A stretch of 64,000 bases of DNA from an uncultured Candidatus Poseidoniales archaeon (GTDB lineage: Archaea; Thermoplasmatota; Poseidoniia; Poseidoniales; Thalassarchaeaceae): NCBI GenBank assembly GCA_964585295.1, contig CAZPCY010000004.1, positions 1,674 through 65,673 of the forward strand, read 5' to 3'. The notes under the pieces are model-generated. The model did no database searches and had not been told where the DNA came from. It saw only the letters and a program-made list of their open reading frames with translations. A program made the position numbers and the translations under genes. Shown here one piece after another: positions 36,183 to 46,708 of this stretch; positions within the stretch are counted from its first letter, which is position 1, and every line of letters begins with the position of its first letter.

Positions 36183-37961
36183 TCAGATAGGGGTCTCTCC
36201 CCATGCCAGATAGTGGACATAAGACCCATAGATAATGCCACTGACCTTCAGTGACTCCTCGTTGAACCTGCTCATGTCGTCGAGATAGGTGTGGTATTCC
36301 GATGAGCCGGATCCGTAGCACACAATTGCGTTACCGTATGGCGGTCCTTCAGCGGGGTCGATCTCGAAAACGAACGGTGCGTGATCGCTGTTGTAGGGCA
36401 TCTCCTCGGAATCTAAGGTGCCTATAGAAATTGGATATTTGGATGACAGTTCGGGGTACGAAGCGTTGAATCTCGCCGCTATTGCTCGGATGTGCTCCAT
36501 GTCTTCGGCTCCATTGCCGAACATCCACACCCCGTCACCTCGTTCAGCATCGACGTGATTCATGTCGAGGTTGACGTACATCCTCAGATTCGCAGAAAGG
36601 TCCTCTCGATGCTTCTCAACCCAAGCCTTGGAACCCCAAAGTCCCTCCTCTTCTCCACCCCAAGTGCAGAACTTGAGGGTGTATGCTGGCTCACCCTTGC
36701 TCTCCCAGATTGCTCCCAATTGTTGCCCCAACTCCAGAACGGTGGAGGTTCCGGAGGTGTCGTCAACTGCTCCTGGACCATTGTAGACAGTGTCGTGATG
36801 AGCTCCGAAGATGATCATCTCGGAGGATGCTCCAGGAATTACTCCGCAAACCGTCCTGACATTCCTCGTTCCTTCGTTGTCCATCGATGTGAACATCGAG
36901 AGTCTGGCTGAGCCATTCAGAACCTCATCCATGATTTCGAGACCGGTGCTCTTTGAGACCATGATGAATCCGATGCCAGCCGGCATCGACTCAAATTCGT
37001 TGACTCTGACGCCCTTGAAGAAAGGGACGCAGTCGTCTGGAACGAGAACATCGCAGTTCTGTTGAACGTTGACAAGGATGAGTGCACGTAGGTCGTTCTC
37101 CTGCGCTGCGAGGAACAGATCAGTGTTGCCGGCGTTGTCCCCTTTGCCCCAAACTACGCCGACGCCACCTGAGGCACCGGTCCAATCGGCTTCGGCAGAT
37201 CCGTTTCCGAGGTCGACTAGTGTGATGTCCTCACCGTAACGAATGTCGCTGGAACCAGAGTATCCTTGCAGGACGAAGTCGATTCGGTGCTCGTATTCGG
37301 TGACTGTTCGGCCGAAGTCCGCTCCGCTGCAGGGAGCGACGGTGTTCACTCCGAATATTGGCCCGGGGCTGCAAATGCCGAGGGATGGTTCCGACAGAAT
37401 CTCGAACATAGGAACCTCGTGCTCCTCGATGGTAGCCCCCATTCCGGTCTGCGTTAGGTTAGCCTTGACGAATTCCGCCGTTGCTGTCTCCTCGACGGTT
37501 CCGCTGAGCCTTCCCTTCCACTCGGGATGGCCGAGTTGCACGAGTCCTTCAGCATATCCTCGAGCCCGAGACTCGTCGAAATCGATAAGCTGGTAGTCCG
37601 GCTCACCAGCTAGCCAATCAATGATACTCGGGCCAAGGACAACCGCCCCTCCAGCGGACGCTACGACTACGATCAAAGCAGAGATTAGAACCGGAATCGG
37701 CAGCCCTCGGATGGATTGCACTGGGTCATGCCGCATTCGGGCGAGGAACGAGATCTCGGAGGGAGTTGTTGTGGTATCAGCGCGGTCGTTATCGACGAGA
37801 CTCGCCTCAATCGTTTCTCCACCATCGTATTCGATTAGTCGTTCGACCAACTCGCTCTTCCTTCCTCCAACAGGTAAATCTCGGTCGCGAAGTAGACCCT
37901 TGAGTTCGGTTACCGTCATTCCTTCGTAGGCGTCCTTGCCATCCATCGGTTCGCCCTCCAT
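36183..37961 (-). CDS. Membrane-anchored M28-family Zn aminopeptidase. It has an N-terminal cytoplasmic SAP domain and a PA-like insert.
   Basis: The N-terminus MTVTELKGLLRDRDLPVGGRKSELVERLIEY matches the SAP motif. It is followed by a TM helix (IPVLISALIVVVASAGGAVVLG). The M28 catalytic motifs are FGAHHDTV and AVDDTSGTSTVLELG, ending in a C-terminal EE...H motif. Confidence 0.6.
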   Translation of the reverse strand: MEGEPMDGKDAYEGMTVTELKGLLRDRDLPVGGRKSELVERLIEYDGGETIEASLVDNDRADTTTTPSEISFLARMRHDPVQSIRGLPIPVLISALIVVVASAGGAVVLGPSIIDWLAGEPDYQLIDFDESRARGYAEGLVQLGHPEWKGRLSGTVEETATAEFVKANLTQTGMGATIEEHEVPMFEILSEPSLGICSPGPIFGVNTVAPCSGADFGRTVTEYEHRIDFVLQGYSGSSDIRYGEDITLVDLGNGSAEADWTGASGGVGVVWGKGDNAGNTDLFLAAQENDLRALILVNVQQNCDVLVPDDCVPFFKGVRVNEFESMPAGIGFIMVSKSTGLEIMDEVLNGSARLSMFTSMDNEGTRNVRTVCGVIPGASSEMIIFGAHHDTVYNGPGAVDDTSGTSTVLELGQQLGAIWESKGEPAYTLKFCTWGGEEEGLWGSKAWVEKHREDLSANLRMYVNLDMNHVDAERGDGVWMFGNGAEDMEHIRAIAARFNASYPELSSKYPISIGTLDSEEMPYNSDHAPFVFEIDPAEGPPYGNAIVCYGSGSSEYHTYLDDMSRFNEESLKVSGIIYGSYVHYLAWGETPI

Positions 37962-38137
37962 ACCTTCCTCAGACGGCCTCCCTTTGAACCGATGGGTTGC
38001 CCGCTCATCTCCGCCGCAGCGTCGCTCACGCGGGCGCGGCTACTGGCGTTCCAAATCGATGCCAATCGGAATCCAATACAACCATCCTAGAGCATTACAG
38101 GCTAGATTTGATCCATAATGGAACAATCCAAGGTTGA

Positions 38138-38716
38138 TCAGCCACGGTCGACCTCGACACCGGTCCATCTAACAGCCAAATCGTTCTCAACCCCCATTTG
38201 ATCGAGTATTCTCTGGACGATGAAATCGACTAGGTCATCGATTGTCTCAGGAGAGTGGTAGAATCCGGGACTGGCAGGAATCACGACCGCGCCCCATTGG
38301 GATAGTTTCGTCATGTTCTCGAGATGGACAGTGGCGTATGGCGCCTCTCTAGGAACAACGATTAGTCGCCGCCTCTCCTTCAGCGCGACTATCGCGCTCC
38401 TTGTAACGAGGTTGTCTGAGATGCCTCCCGCGATTCTGCCGATTGTCGTACCCGAGGCAGGTACAATGGCACAGGCAGTCCAAGCAGCAGAACCGGATGC
38501 TGATTTGGCAGCTAGATCGTCAGGATTCTCTAGGATCGCTCCCGTCGAATCAGCGAGAGATTGCGGCGTGATACCGCATTCCAAGTCGAGGTTGATTGCT
38601 CCAGTGCTCGTGACTATCAGGCGGACTGTCCAAGCAGCCGAACGTAATTCTTCCACCAACCTGACGCCATACCTGGCTCCAGAGGCTCCGGTGATGGCCA
38701 CGACAGCTTCAGGCAT
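38138..38716 (-). CDS. ubiX: Flavin prenyltransferase UbiX/Pad1.
   Basis: The N-terminus VVAITGASGARYGVRLVEELR and a flavoprotein fold match UbiX. It is 192 aa long. Confidence 0.75.
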   Translation of the reverse strand: MPEAVVAITGASGARYGVRLVEELRSAAWTVRLIVTSTGAINLDLECGITPQSLADSTGAILENPDDLAAKSASGSAAWTACAIVPASGTTIGRIAGGISDNLVTRSAIVALKERRRLIVVPREAPYATVHLENMTKLSQWGAVVIPASPGFYHSPETIDDLVDFIVQRILDQMGVENDLAVRWTGVEVDRG

Positions 38717-38742
38717 CAGTCAGGGGTGGCGATGCGTCCACT

Positions 38743-39927
38743 TCAAGGCTCGTTCAGGCGCAGGTCAGCGAGGAACCCGGATAGAGCCCCCATGGATGTG
38801 ATGAATCTAGCCAGATCGCCACCCCAAGCGATTCGCATCCAACCATCCAATCTTCCATCGAACATCAATCCCGGAACTGCTAGCAGGCCACGAGGGAGAG
38901 CGTACCTCTCAATTGCCGCCAATGATGAGTGGCCATTGGGTAGAGGGATGCATCCGAAGATCCCGTATCTTGGTGGAGTCCATTCTATCTCATGTTCCTC
39001 AAGAACCTCAAGCAGTAGGGGTAGGTTCGATTCCCTCTGCGTACGCATCGAGAGAAGTGCCTCATCCAGATTGGGCCAAACCGCTGTCGCAATGCTGCGT
39101 GACGGTATCGATATCATTCCCTGCACATGATGGAATGCAGAAGTCATCCGGCGCGCGATGTTCTCCTCACAGATCGACCATCCGAATCTGATGGAACCCA
39201 AGCCATAGCACTTGGTCAACGAATTGATGGAGATCGCATGCTCCGCCTCCCTCCACAAAGGTCGGTGTTCCGGAGCACCTCTACTAGCATCGAGATAAAC
39301 CTCATCGCTGACGATCTTTACTCCGTTGCTAGCTGTCACTTCGATGAGCCAATCCAAGTCATCGTCATCTAGATGGTGTCCGCTCGGATTCTGCACTTGG
39401 GTCAATACCACAGCGCACACTCCTGGAAGAATTTCCTCAAGCCCCTCTCGGTCGATTCTCCAAGGTCCGCTGTCTGTCTGGTAGGCGGGCGATCTATCGA
39501 AGGGCACGGCCTCGCAACCGAGGATTCTAGCAGTCTGCGAAATCGGAGAGAAACCGGGGCGTTCGACTGCCACCCTAGGAACCCGTCCCGGTTCGGATTC
39601 TTCGATCACTGCCATCAGGGCGAGCGAGAACAACTGTAGAGTTCCATGTCCGCATACGACCTGTTCTGGCGCACACCCCTCTCTGGCCGATACGAGGTCA
39701 CGAGGATCGATTGAGGTGCCATGGCCCTGATCGATCAGCCGCTCCGTAAGTTTCCCCCCCGAAGCGAGGGATGAGAGATCCCAAGGGTGCTGGTGACCAG
39801 ATTGGGAAAGGTCGTGAGGGTACCTTTCTGCCAGTCTTTCAACATACCAAGTTAGGTGTTCGACAGAAGGTATCATGCTGCCTCTGGCAGGTCCTCCTAA
39901 TAGAGGCTCAAAGGGGTGCAGTGACAA
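38743..39927 (-). CDS. PLP-dependent aminotransferase, class I/II.
   Basis: The Lys motif SINSLTKCYGLGSIRFGW has the pattern S-x-S-K-x-x-G-x-x-G-x-R-x-G. Its length is about 390 aa. Confidence 0.6.
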   Translation of the reverse strand: MSLHPFEPLLGGPARGSMIPSVEHLTWYVERLAERYPHDLSQSGHQHPWDLSSLASGGKLTERLIDQGHGTSIDPRDLVSAREGCAPEQVVCGHGTLQLFSLALMAVIEESEPGRVPRVAVERPGFSPISQTARILGCEAVPFDRSPAYQTDSGPWRIDREGLEEILPGVCAVVLTQVQNPSGHHLDDDDLDWLIEVTASNGVKIVSDEVYLDASRGAPEHRPLWREAEHAISINSLTKCYGLGSIRFGWSICEENIARRMTSAFHHVQGMISIPSRSIATAVWPNLDEALLSMRTQRESNLPLLLEVLEEHEIEWTPPRYGIFGCIPLPNGHSSLAAIERYALPRGLLAVPGLMFDGRLDGWMRIAWGGDLARFITSMGALSGFLADLRLNEP

Positions 39928-39951
39928 CCTGATACACCTCGGAGAAACCCC

Positions 39952-40737
39952 TCAGCGACGATTGTTGATCTTCTTGAGGAGACGAAGTATCTCGATGTAC
40001 AGCCATACTAGGGTCACGAGCAGTCCAAATGCCGCTCTCCATTCCAATTCCTTGGGGGCACCGTTCTCGACCCCTCTCTCGATGAAATCAAAATCAGCGA
40101 CCAAGGTCAGAGAGGCGATTGCGATGACCACCAATGAGAAGCCGATGCCGATTGGTCCCGATGAGTGAATGTAAGGAACGTGGATTCCGACCAGCGCGCC
40201 GGCGAATGAGAAGAGGTAGATTAGGAATATCGCGCTTATTGCCGAAGCCAAGGCGATTCTCATGTTCTCCGTATATGGGATGGCCCCGGTTCTATAGATT
40301 CCAAGCATGACTGCAAATATTCCGAAGGTGAGCATAACGGCTTGCGGGACAATCGCTACATCCGGATACATCAGAGCCGCGATGGTAGACATACCGCCGA
40401 GCATGAATCCCTCGGCGGTCGCATAAAGGGAGACGAGCAGAGGTGAGGTTCTTCCAGTAGTGATGATGACTATCAACAGAATGAACCCAACTATCCCTCC
40501 GATGATCATCGCCAGCATTGCTAGACTTACCTCGCCAGACATCCAAGTCAAGGACCAGACCATACTCGCAGCCGAGACTACGAGTGCGAGCAGAATCCCG
40601 GTCTTGGTGACTACTCCCTCGATGGTCATCCTGTCTTGGTCCACTTCGATTCCTAGAATCGACGCGAAGGTGCCTTCGTTCAGAGCTGGATTGCCAGACC
40701 TATACATTGAGCCCGCGAGGACGGCTGGCGTTCTCAA
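39952..40737 (-). CDS. Bax inhibitor-1 / YccA (TMBIM) family membrane protein.
   Basis: It has 7 TM helices. The C-terminal DFDFIERGV...EWRAAFGLLVTLVWLYIEILRLL signature is present. Confidence 0.7.
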   Translation of the reverse strand: MRTPAVLAGSMYRSGNPALNEGTFASILGIEVDQDRMTIEGVVTKTGILLALVVSAASMVWSLTWMSGEVSLAMLAMIIGGIVGFILLIVIITTGRTSPLLVSLYATAEGFMLGGMSTIAALMYPDVAIVPQAVMLTFGIFAVMLGIYRTGAIPYTENMRIALASAISAIFLIYLFSFAGALVGIHVPYIHSSGPIGIGFSLVVIAIASLTLVADFDFIERGVENGAPKELEWRAAFGLLVTLVWLYIEILRLLKKINNRR

Positions 40738-40744
40738 GGATTGC

Positions 40745-41440
40745 TCATTCAGATTTTCCCGGCCTCTCCGTCCAATCGATGCGCTTCCCGATGCTTCGAC
40801 CCATTGACGATTCGATGCACTCGAGTAGCGCCTCCTCGAAGCGGAATCGGTCTATCTTGGCCCCATGACGATCGACATTCTTCCCGATGGCTGCGAGCGA
40901 GGTGGTAGTTCCAGCCTCAAGACCGCAGCCTTGCAAATCCTCAACTCGACCAGGCTCCGTGTCGATGTTGATTGAGACGCCGTGTCTACTCACCCAATGT
41001 CGGAAGGAGAGGCCGATGCTCGCTATCTTCGCCCCATCGACCCAGACTCCCTGCATGCGAGGGTCTAGATGGCCATCTATGCCTAACTCCGACAACGCGT
41101 TGATGACCCAGCATTCGAGCAGGTTGATCACCTTGGGAACCGAACGCTCCTCTAGATTCCAACCGAAGACAGGGTAGACGACGCACTGCCCAGGTCCATG
41201 GTAGGTGATGTCTCCACCTCTGTCGACGTCCCTTACTTGATAGGAAGATTCGACCTCAACTCCGTCGCGCTGCGCTCTAGGTCCTCTAGTGACGATTTCC
41301 GGGTGCTCGACGAGGATAAGAGAGTCCGGTATCTCGTACGCGATTCTGAGGGTCTGCAGCCTGCGCATCTCATCGTCAACCACGGAATGTTCGAGGACAC
41401 CTGCATCGATCACCAGAATCGATGCGAGGTCATCGGCCAT
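40745..41440 (-). CDS. lipB: Octanoyltransferase (lipoate-protein ligase B).
   Basis: Motifs RGGDITYHGPGQCVVYP, the catalytic Lys in GAKIASIG and the Cys motif match LipB. Confidence 0.7.
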   Translation of the reverse strand: MADDLASILVIDAGVLEHSVVDDEMRRLQTLRIAYEIPDSLILVEHPEIVTRGPRAQRDGVEVESSYQVRDVDRGGDITYHGPGQCVVYPVFGWNLEERSVPKVINLLECWVINALSELGIDGHLDPRMQGVWVDGAKIASIGLSFRHWVSRHGVSINIDTEPGRVEDLQGCGLEAGTTTSLAAIGKNVDRHGAKIDRFRFEEALLECIESSMGRSIGKRIDWTERPGKSE

Positions 41441-41617
41441 CTGAGATCACCCGTCATCGACCACTTTACCATCCGTTGCGGCCTTAAGCTAGGTCAACCC
41501 ATTCCAGATGTTGGCCCAGATTCTCCCCGATGGTCCTAGAATGGCCCACTGTCATGGGCGTGGTTCGTGGATGACCGTTGAAAAATCGACCGGATCGGTC
41601 GGAGGGGAAGGACTCTG

Positions 41618-43075
41618 TCACACCGAGTGTATTGCATGTCCGAGTGACTTCAGGATTGACTCGTGGAACGATTCCGTCATCGTCGGGTGGGCGTGCACCG
41701 TCTGTGCGACATCTTCGAGGGTAGCACCCATCTCTAGAGCGAGGACGAATTCACCACTGAGTTCTGCGATATGACTGCCCACTGCTTGTATGCCAAGTAT
41801 GAGGTGATCAGAAGAGCGTGCCACGACTCGAACGAAGCCACCGCTCTTGTCCGCCTCCAGAGTCAGGGCTCGGCCATTGCCTGCAAGCGGGAACTTGCCG
41901 ACCACTACATCGCATTCGGCAGCCGCCTGATCGGGATTCATCCCTACACTGACAATCTCCGGTTCGGTGAATACTATTGCAGGTACCGCGACCTTGTCCC
42001 AAGCCCGGCTCCTTCCAGCGATGATCTCAGCCACCATCTCCCCTTGGGCACTCGCCTTGTGTGCCAACATCGGCTCACCGGCCAGATCTCCGATGGCGTA
42101 TACTCCGCGCATGTTCGTCCCGCACCGTTCGTCGATGGCGACGAATCTCCCTGATTCATCCATGGCGACTCCCATTGAGTCGAGACCCCAGCCATCGATG
42201 TTCGGCCGCCTACCAACCGTGACGAGGACCTTGTCGACGGTGGTGGATGAAGCACCACCTTCCTGATCGGTCCATGAGATGGTCACCATACCGTTGGGTT
42301 CGCTATTCGTACCAGTTGCCGAGCAACCAGTGTGCACGACCAATCCGTTCCGCTTCATCCATCGTTCCAGAGGGCGTCTCAGTTCGGCGTCGAACATCGG
42401 TAGCACCGACTCCATACCCTCGATGACGGTCACCTCGGAGCCGAGGCGGCGCAAGGCACAGCCCAGCTCTAATCCGATGTATCCACCGCCAACCACCGCG
42501 AACGAATCGGGCAAATTGTCGAGTTCGAGTGCTTCCGTCGAGGAGATGACACGATCTCCATCAATAGGCATGAACGGTAAATCGATTGGCGAGGATCCTG
42601 TGGCTAGGATGACGTTGGAGGCTTGGATTCTGACAACATCCCCGTCCGTGAGCTGGACATCGCATGTCTTGGCGTCTCGGAATGTCGCCCAACCGTGCAG
42701 GAGATCGGCTCCTGCTTTTGCCAGCAGTGTCTCGACGCCCTTGTTCAAGCGATCCACTATTCCATCCTTCCAATCGATTAGGGCTTCCATCTCTATCTTC
42801 GGGTCCTCAGCCTTGATCCCCATGTGACCTGCCTCGGCAGCGTGTTCGGCCAGTGCTTCAAACCGCTCGGCAGCGTGAATAATCGCCTTTGATGGGATGC
42901 AGCCTCTGATGAGACAGGTGCCGCCCGCTCTGGACCCCTCGACGATAATCGTGTCGAGGCCTAGTTGAGCCGCCCTGATGGCAGCGACGTATCCACCGGG
43001 GCCGGCGCCAACCACCAAGACCTCGCAACGTCGCGATTTGGCCATCTCGATGCCCCCTGATAGCCGCTTCCTCAC
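41618..43075 (-). CDS. lpd: Dihydrolipoyl dehydrogenase (E3).
   Basis: It has FAD-binding VLVVGAGPGGYVAA and the redox-active disulfide GGTCLIRGCIPSK. An NAD-binding site and a C-terminal H-x-x-x-x-E dimer-interface motif are present. Confidence 0.85.
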   Translation of the reverse strand: MRKRLSGGIEMAKSRRCEVLVVGAGPGGYVAAIRAAQLGLDTIIVEGSRAGGTCLIRGCIPSKAIIHAAERFEALAEHAAEAGHMGIKAEDPKIEMEALIDWKDGIVDRLNKGVETLLAKAGADLLHGWATFRDAKTCDVQLTDGDVVRIQASNVILATGSSPIDLPFMPIDGDRVISSTEALELDNLPDSFAVVGGGYIGLELGCALRRLGSEVTVIEGMESVLPMFDAELRRPLERWMKRNGLVVHTGCSATGTNSEPNGMVTISWTDQEGGASSTTVDKVLVTVGRRPNIDGWGLDSMGVAMDESGRFVAIDERCGTNMRGVYAIGDLAGEPMLAHKASAQGEMVAEIIAGRSRAWDKVAVPAIVFTEPEIVSVGMNPDQAAAECDVVVGKFPLAGNGRALTLEADKSGGFVRVVARSSDHLILGIQAVGSHIAELSGEFVLALEMGATLEDVAQTVHAHPTMTESFHESILKSLGHAIHSV

Positions 43076-44358
43076 ATGAAGATCAGAGCCGGATGCTCTA
43101 GCATCCTTTTGATGGTCTGCACAAGTGCTGCCCCATCTGATCCATCCACCACTCTATGGTCGAATGACGAAGAGAGGTTCATCATGCGCCTGACCTCTAT
43201 TCTTCCTTCGACCACCATCGGACGCTCCAGCGCCTTGTGGACGCCAAGTATGCCGACCTCAGGATGGTTGATGATTGGTGTCGCTCCGATACCTCCATCC
43301 CGACCTAAGCTGGTAATCGTGAATGTCGATCCTCCGAGTTCATCGACAGCTATGGTCCCGTCTCGTGCGGCGCCGCTCAACCTGCCGAGTTGGGCTGCAG
43401 CGGTCCACACATCCATCTCCTCCACGTGCTTGACAACGGGAACATAGAGTCCTCTCTCGGTGCTCGTCGCGATGCCTAGGTTGACCGCCTCGTGCCTGAT
43501 TACGGTGTTGGCATCCTCATCGTGGATGGCATTGCACTCGGGATGCGATGGCATCGCTCGAGCAATCGCGAGCATGATGAAAGGCAGGTATGTGAGCTTC
43601 GGTTGTTCTGGCGCCCTGCTGTCATTGAGCGCCTTCCTCAGCGCCTCCAATTCGGTCACATCGACCTCCTCAAAGTACGAGAAGTGTGGGATGTTGCTGC
43701 TGCTGATGACCATCTTCTCAGCAATCTTCCTACGAAGGCCCATGACCGGATGCTCACTGGCCCCAGTCCGCTTCACTCCAGCCGGCTTGGAGGGCAGAGG
43801 TTGCATCGCGCCGCTAACAGATGCGCCAGCCAAACGTGCGTCTAGGTCGGCATGGGTGACGCGGCCGGCAGGACCGCTGCCTGCTATCGTCGCGAGATCG
43901 ATGCCGCTCTCACGAGCCCGGTGGCGTACGGCGGGGCTCGCTATCGCCCGTCCTCCCGTATGGGTCGATGGTGGAGTCTGCACGCTTTGTGGAAGCGCTT
44001 CGGTCTGACCCGAATCCTCTAGTTCGGCAGTCTGGTAGGTCGGCTCCGGATCGCTCGCGACTGATGCAGTTTCAGACTCACTGGTATCAGCCTCTTCATA
44101 GTCCGCGTTTCCCCCTCCCTCCACTTCGAACTCGATGAACACCTTGCCGACTGGAATCACTTCTCCGACTGCACCGGTAGCTGAGAGGACGGTGCCATCG
44201 ACTGGACTGGGAATCTCCACGGTCGCCTTGTCTGTCATCACCTCGAGGATTGGGTCGTCCTCGATGACCTTCGATCCGACCTCTACATGCCAGACGACGA
44301 TCTCACCTTCGACGACTCCTTCACCGATGTCCGGCAATCTGAATTGGTACAACCCCAT
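43072..44358 (-). CDS. Dihydrolipoamide acyltransferase (E2) of a 2-oxoacid dehydrogenase complex.
   Basis: The lipoyl domain has DIGEGVVEGEIVVWHV...MTDKATVEI. An Ala/Pro linker and E3-binding domain follow. The catalytic domain has the DHRVVDG motif. The start was chosen at MGLYQF; the ORF-track start lies 46 codons upstream. Confidence 0.8.
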   Translation of the reverse strand: MGLYQFRLPDIGEGVVEGEIVVWHVEVGSKVIEDDPILEVMTDKATVEIPSPVDGTVLSATGAVGEVIPVGKVFIEFEVEGGGNADYEEADTSESETASVASDPEPTYQTAELEDSGQTEALPQSVQTPPSTHTGGRAIASPAVRHRARESGIDLATIAGSGPAGRVTHADLDARLAGASVSGAMQPLPSKPAGVKRTGASEHPVMGLRRKIAEKMVISSSNIPHFSYFEEVDVTELEALRKALNDSRAPEQPKLTYLPFIMLAIARAMPSHPECNAIHDEDANTVIRHEAVNLGIATSTERGLYVPVVKHVEEMDVWTAAAQLGRLSGAARDGTIAVDELGGSTFTITSLGRDGGIGATPIINHPEVGILGVHKALERPMVVEGRIEVRRMMNLSSSFDHRVVDGSDGAALVQTIKRMLEHPALIFM

Positions 44359-44360
44359 AC

Positions 44361-45371
44361 TCAAACCTCCTGCGTCCGACCGATTGCCTCGGCTATGCGG
44401 TGTGGGCTCGGCATGTAATCCCATTCCGTCGTGTGGGGGAAAGGAGTGTCCCAACCCGTCACTCTCTCGATTGGCGTCTCTAGATGCCAGAAGCAACGCT
44501 CCTGAACACTAGCGGCCATCTCGGCGCCGAATCCACTGGTCTTAGGAGCCTCGTGCACAATCACACATCTCCCGGTTCTTCTGACCGAATCGACCACGGT
44601 CTCTCGGTCCCATGGGACGAGCGACTGCAGATCGATAAGGTCGCACGACACACCTGAGATGTCGATCGCCGCTTCGCTGACATGGACCATCGCTCCCCAT
44701 GAGATGACTGTGCAATCATTACCTCTCTTGACCATCCTCGCTTGTCCTATCGGTATCCTGAGGGTGCCTTCAGGAACCTCGGCATCAGGGTGGTCAGTCC
44801 ACGTCGGAACAGGGTGTGGGGCACCATTGAAGGGGCCTCTGTAGCAGCGCTTAGGCTCGAAGAACACGACCGGGTCGTCGGATTCTACCGCGCTGGTGAG
44901 CAGACCCTTGGCGTTGTGTGGGGTCGAACAGTAGACCACCTGGAGGCCTGGGGTGTGGGTGAATTGCGACTCTGGTGACTGCGAGTGGTGATGGCCTCCA
45001 CGGATTCCTCCTCCTGCAGGTGTGCGTACCGTGACAGGGGTCCAGAACTCGCCTCCCGAACGGTGCCTAATCTTCGCTATCTCGTTGACGATTTGATCGT
45101 AGGCAGGGAAAATGTAGTCCGCGAATTGCATCTCGGCCACCGGTCGCAAGCCGTTCAATCCCATTCCCATCGCCATGGATGCTATGCCACCCTCTGCCAG
45201 TGGTGTGTCGAAGACTCGGTGCGCTCCATGTTTATCCTGCAATCCATCTGTGACCCTGAATACGCCTCCGAAGTAGCCGACATCCTCCCCGAAGACAACC
45301 ACCGAAGGATCGCGTTCCAGCAGGTCGTCGAGGGCGCTGTTCAGCGCTTGGATCATGTTCATGCTAGGCAT
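44361..45371 (-). CDS. 2-oxoacid dehydrogenase E1 component beta subunit (transketolase-like).
   Basis: The N-terminus MNMIQALNSALDDLL and the pyrimidine-binding and C-terminal transketolase domains match. The start is approximate. Confidence 0.8.
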   Translation of the reverse strand: MPSMNMIQALNSALDDLLERDPSVVVFGEDVGYFGGVFRVTDGLQDKHGAHRVFDTPLAEGGIASMAMGMGLNGLRPVAEMQFADYIFPAYDQIVNEIAKIRHRSGGEFWTPVTVRTPAGGGIRGGHHHSQSPESQFTHTPGLQVVYCSTPHNAKGLLTSAVESDDPVVFFEPKRCYRGPFNGAPHPVPTWTDHPDAEVPEGTLRIPIGQARMVKRGNDCTVISWGAMVHVSEAAIDISGVSCDLIDLQSLVPWDRETVVDSVRRTGRCVIVHEAPKTSGFGAEMAASVQERCFWHLETPIERVTGWDTPFPHTTEWDYMPSPHRIAEAIGRTQEV

Positions 45372-45385
45372 TAATGACCCTCCAT

Positions 45386-46708
45386 TCAGACGCCGAGCTC
45401 CTCTCGCTGCTCTTGGATGTGCCACGGTATCTCAGCGTAGACATCGGAGAAGATTGTCGAAGCGGACGGCCATGGTCCATTGGCGAGGTCGCCGTAGGAG
45501 GTCGCCTCCTTGTACGCCTCTACGATCTTTGAGTCGATTCTATCGATGGCTGACCGATGCTTTTCATCATCCCATTCGCCAATAGCCACCAGATGTTCGC
45601 GGAGGCGCTCGATTGGATCTCCTCCGGGCCATTCCAGATGCTCTTCTGCCGGCCGGTATCTGCTTGGGTCATCGCTGCTGCTGTGAGCGCCGGATCGATA
45701 GGTGAAGACCTCGATGTGAGTGGCACCAGCACCAGAGGCCGCCCGCTCCCTAGCCCATGCGGTGACCGAGTACAGAGCTAGGAAGTCGTTCCCATCTACA
45801 CGGAATGAGGGGATGTCGTAAGCGATTCCACGCTCTGCGAAGGTCGCACCGCCGGTTGCGAGGTTTCGATGGGTACTGATGGCGAATTGGTTGTTGACCA
45901 CGTTAAGGATGACTGGCGGCTTGTAGACGCTTGCGAAGTTCAGGCCGTAGTGATAGTCGCCCTGAGCGCTGGTGCCGTCACCGAGCCAAGTTATCGTGAC
46001 CTCGTCATCTCCCTTGTAGGCACTCGCCATCGCGACACCCACCGCTTGGTTGAACTGGGTACCCACAGGGCTGGAGATGGAGATGAATCGCCCATCTTTC
46101 CAAGTGTAGTGGACCGGCATCTGCCTCCCTTTCACATTGTCCATCTCGTTGCCGATGCAGTGGTTCATCATGCTGACTAGATCGCGTCCTCTAACGAACT
46201 GAGCTCCAGGCTGTCGGTATGACGGGAATATCCAATCCTGTGGTTGCAGAGCCATCGTTTGCGCAATCGCCACTGCCTCTTCACCGTACGAACGCATGTA
46301 GAAAGAGAGCTTCCCAGTCCGTTGCAGTTTCATCATCCGGTCATCGTATATGCGGAGTCGAAGCATGTGCTCCAGCCCCTCGCGGAGAACATCGGGTGAG
46401 AGATTTGGGTCCCAGGAACCCGACGCTTTGCCGTCATCTCCTAGGACTCTCACTAGACCGCGTGCGTGCTCCATCGTGTCAGCGGCTTCACAAGATCTAG
46501 GTTCGGGCCTATTCAAATCGCCCGGCTTCCATGGCCAAGATGCGAACTCAGCTTCGTCACCGGGCCTGTGTGGGGCGGTCGGGACGCAGTAAGGGGACGC
46601 GGTGGCTAGAGGCGTCTCCTCCGACATGCCACCGGCTTGTGGGGGCGTGCTATCATGGTTCCCCAATTCGATCTTCGTCCGCATGCTCGGTTCCTCCTCC
46701 GACCTCAT
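45386..46708 (-). CDS. 2-oxoacid dehydrogenase E1 component alpha subunit (TPP-dependent).
   Basis: The TPP-binding motif GDGTSAQGDYHYGLNFAS...N and the phosphorylation-loop region are present. The start overlaps the lipA stop by 4 nt (ATGA). Confidence 0.8.
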   Translation of the reverse strand: MRSEEEPSMRTKIELGNHDSTPPQAGGMSEETPLATASPYCVPTAPHRPGDEAEFASWPWKPGDLNRPEPRSCEAADTMEHARGLVRVLGDDGKASGSWDPNLSPDVLREGLEHMLRLRIYDDRMMKLQRTGKLSFYMRSYGEEAVAIAQTMALQPQDWIFPSYRQPGAQFVRGRDLVSMMNHCIGNEMDNVKGRQMPVHYTWKDGRFISISSPVGTQFNQAVGVAMASAYKGDDEVTITWLGDGTSAQGDYHYGLNFASVYKPPVILNVVNNQFAISTHRNLATGGATFAERGIAYDIPSFRVDGNDFLALYSVTAWARERAASGAGATHIEVFTYRSGAHSSSDDPSRYRPAEEHLEWPGGDPIERLREHLVAIGEWDDEKHRSAIDRIDSKIVEAYKEATSYGDLANGPWPSASTIFSDVYAEIPWHIQEQREELGV

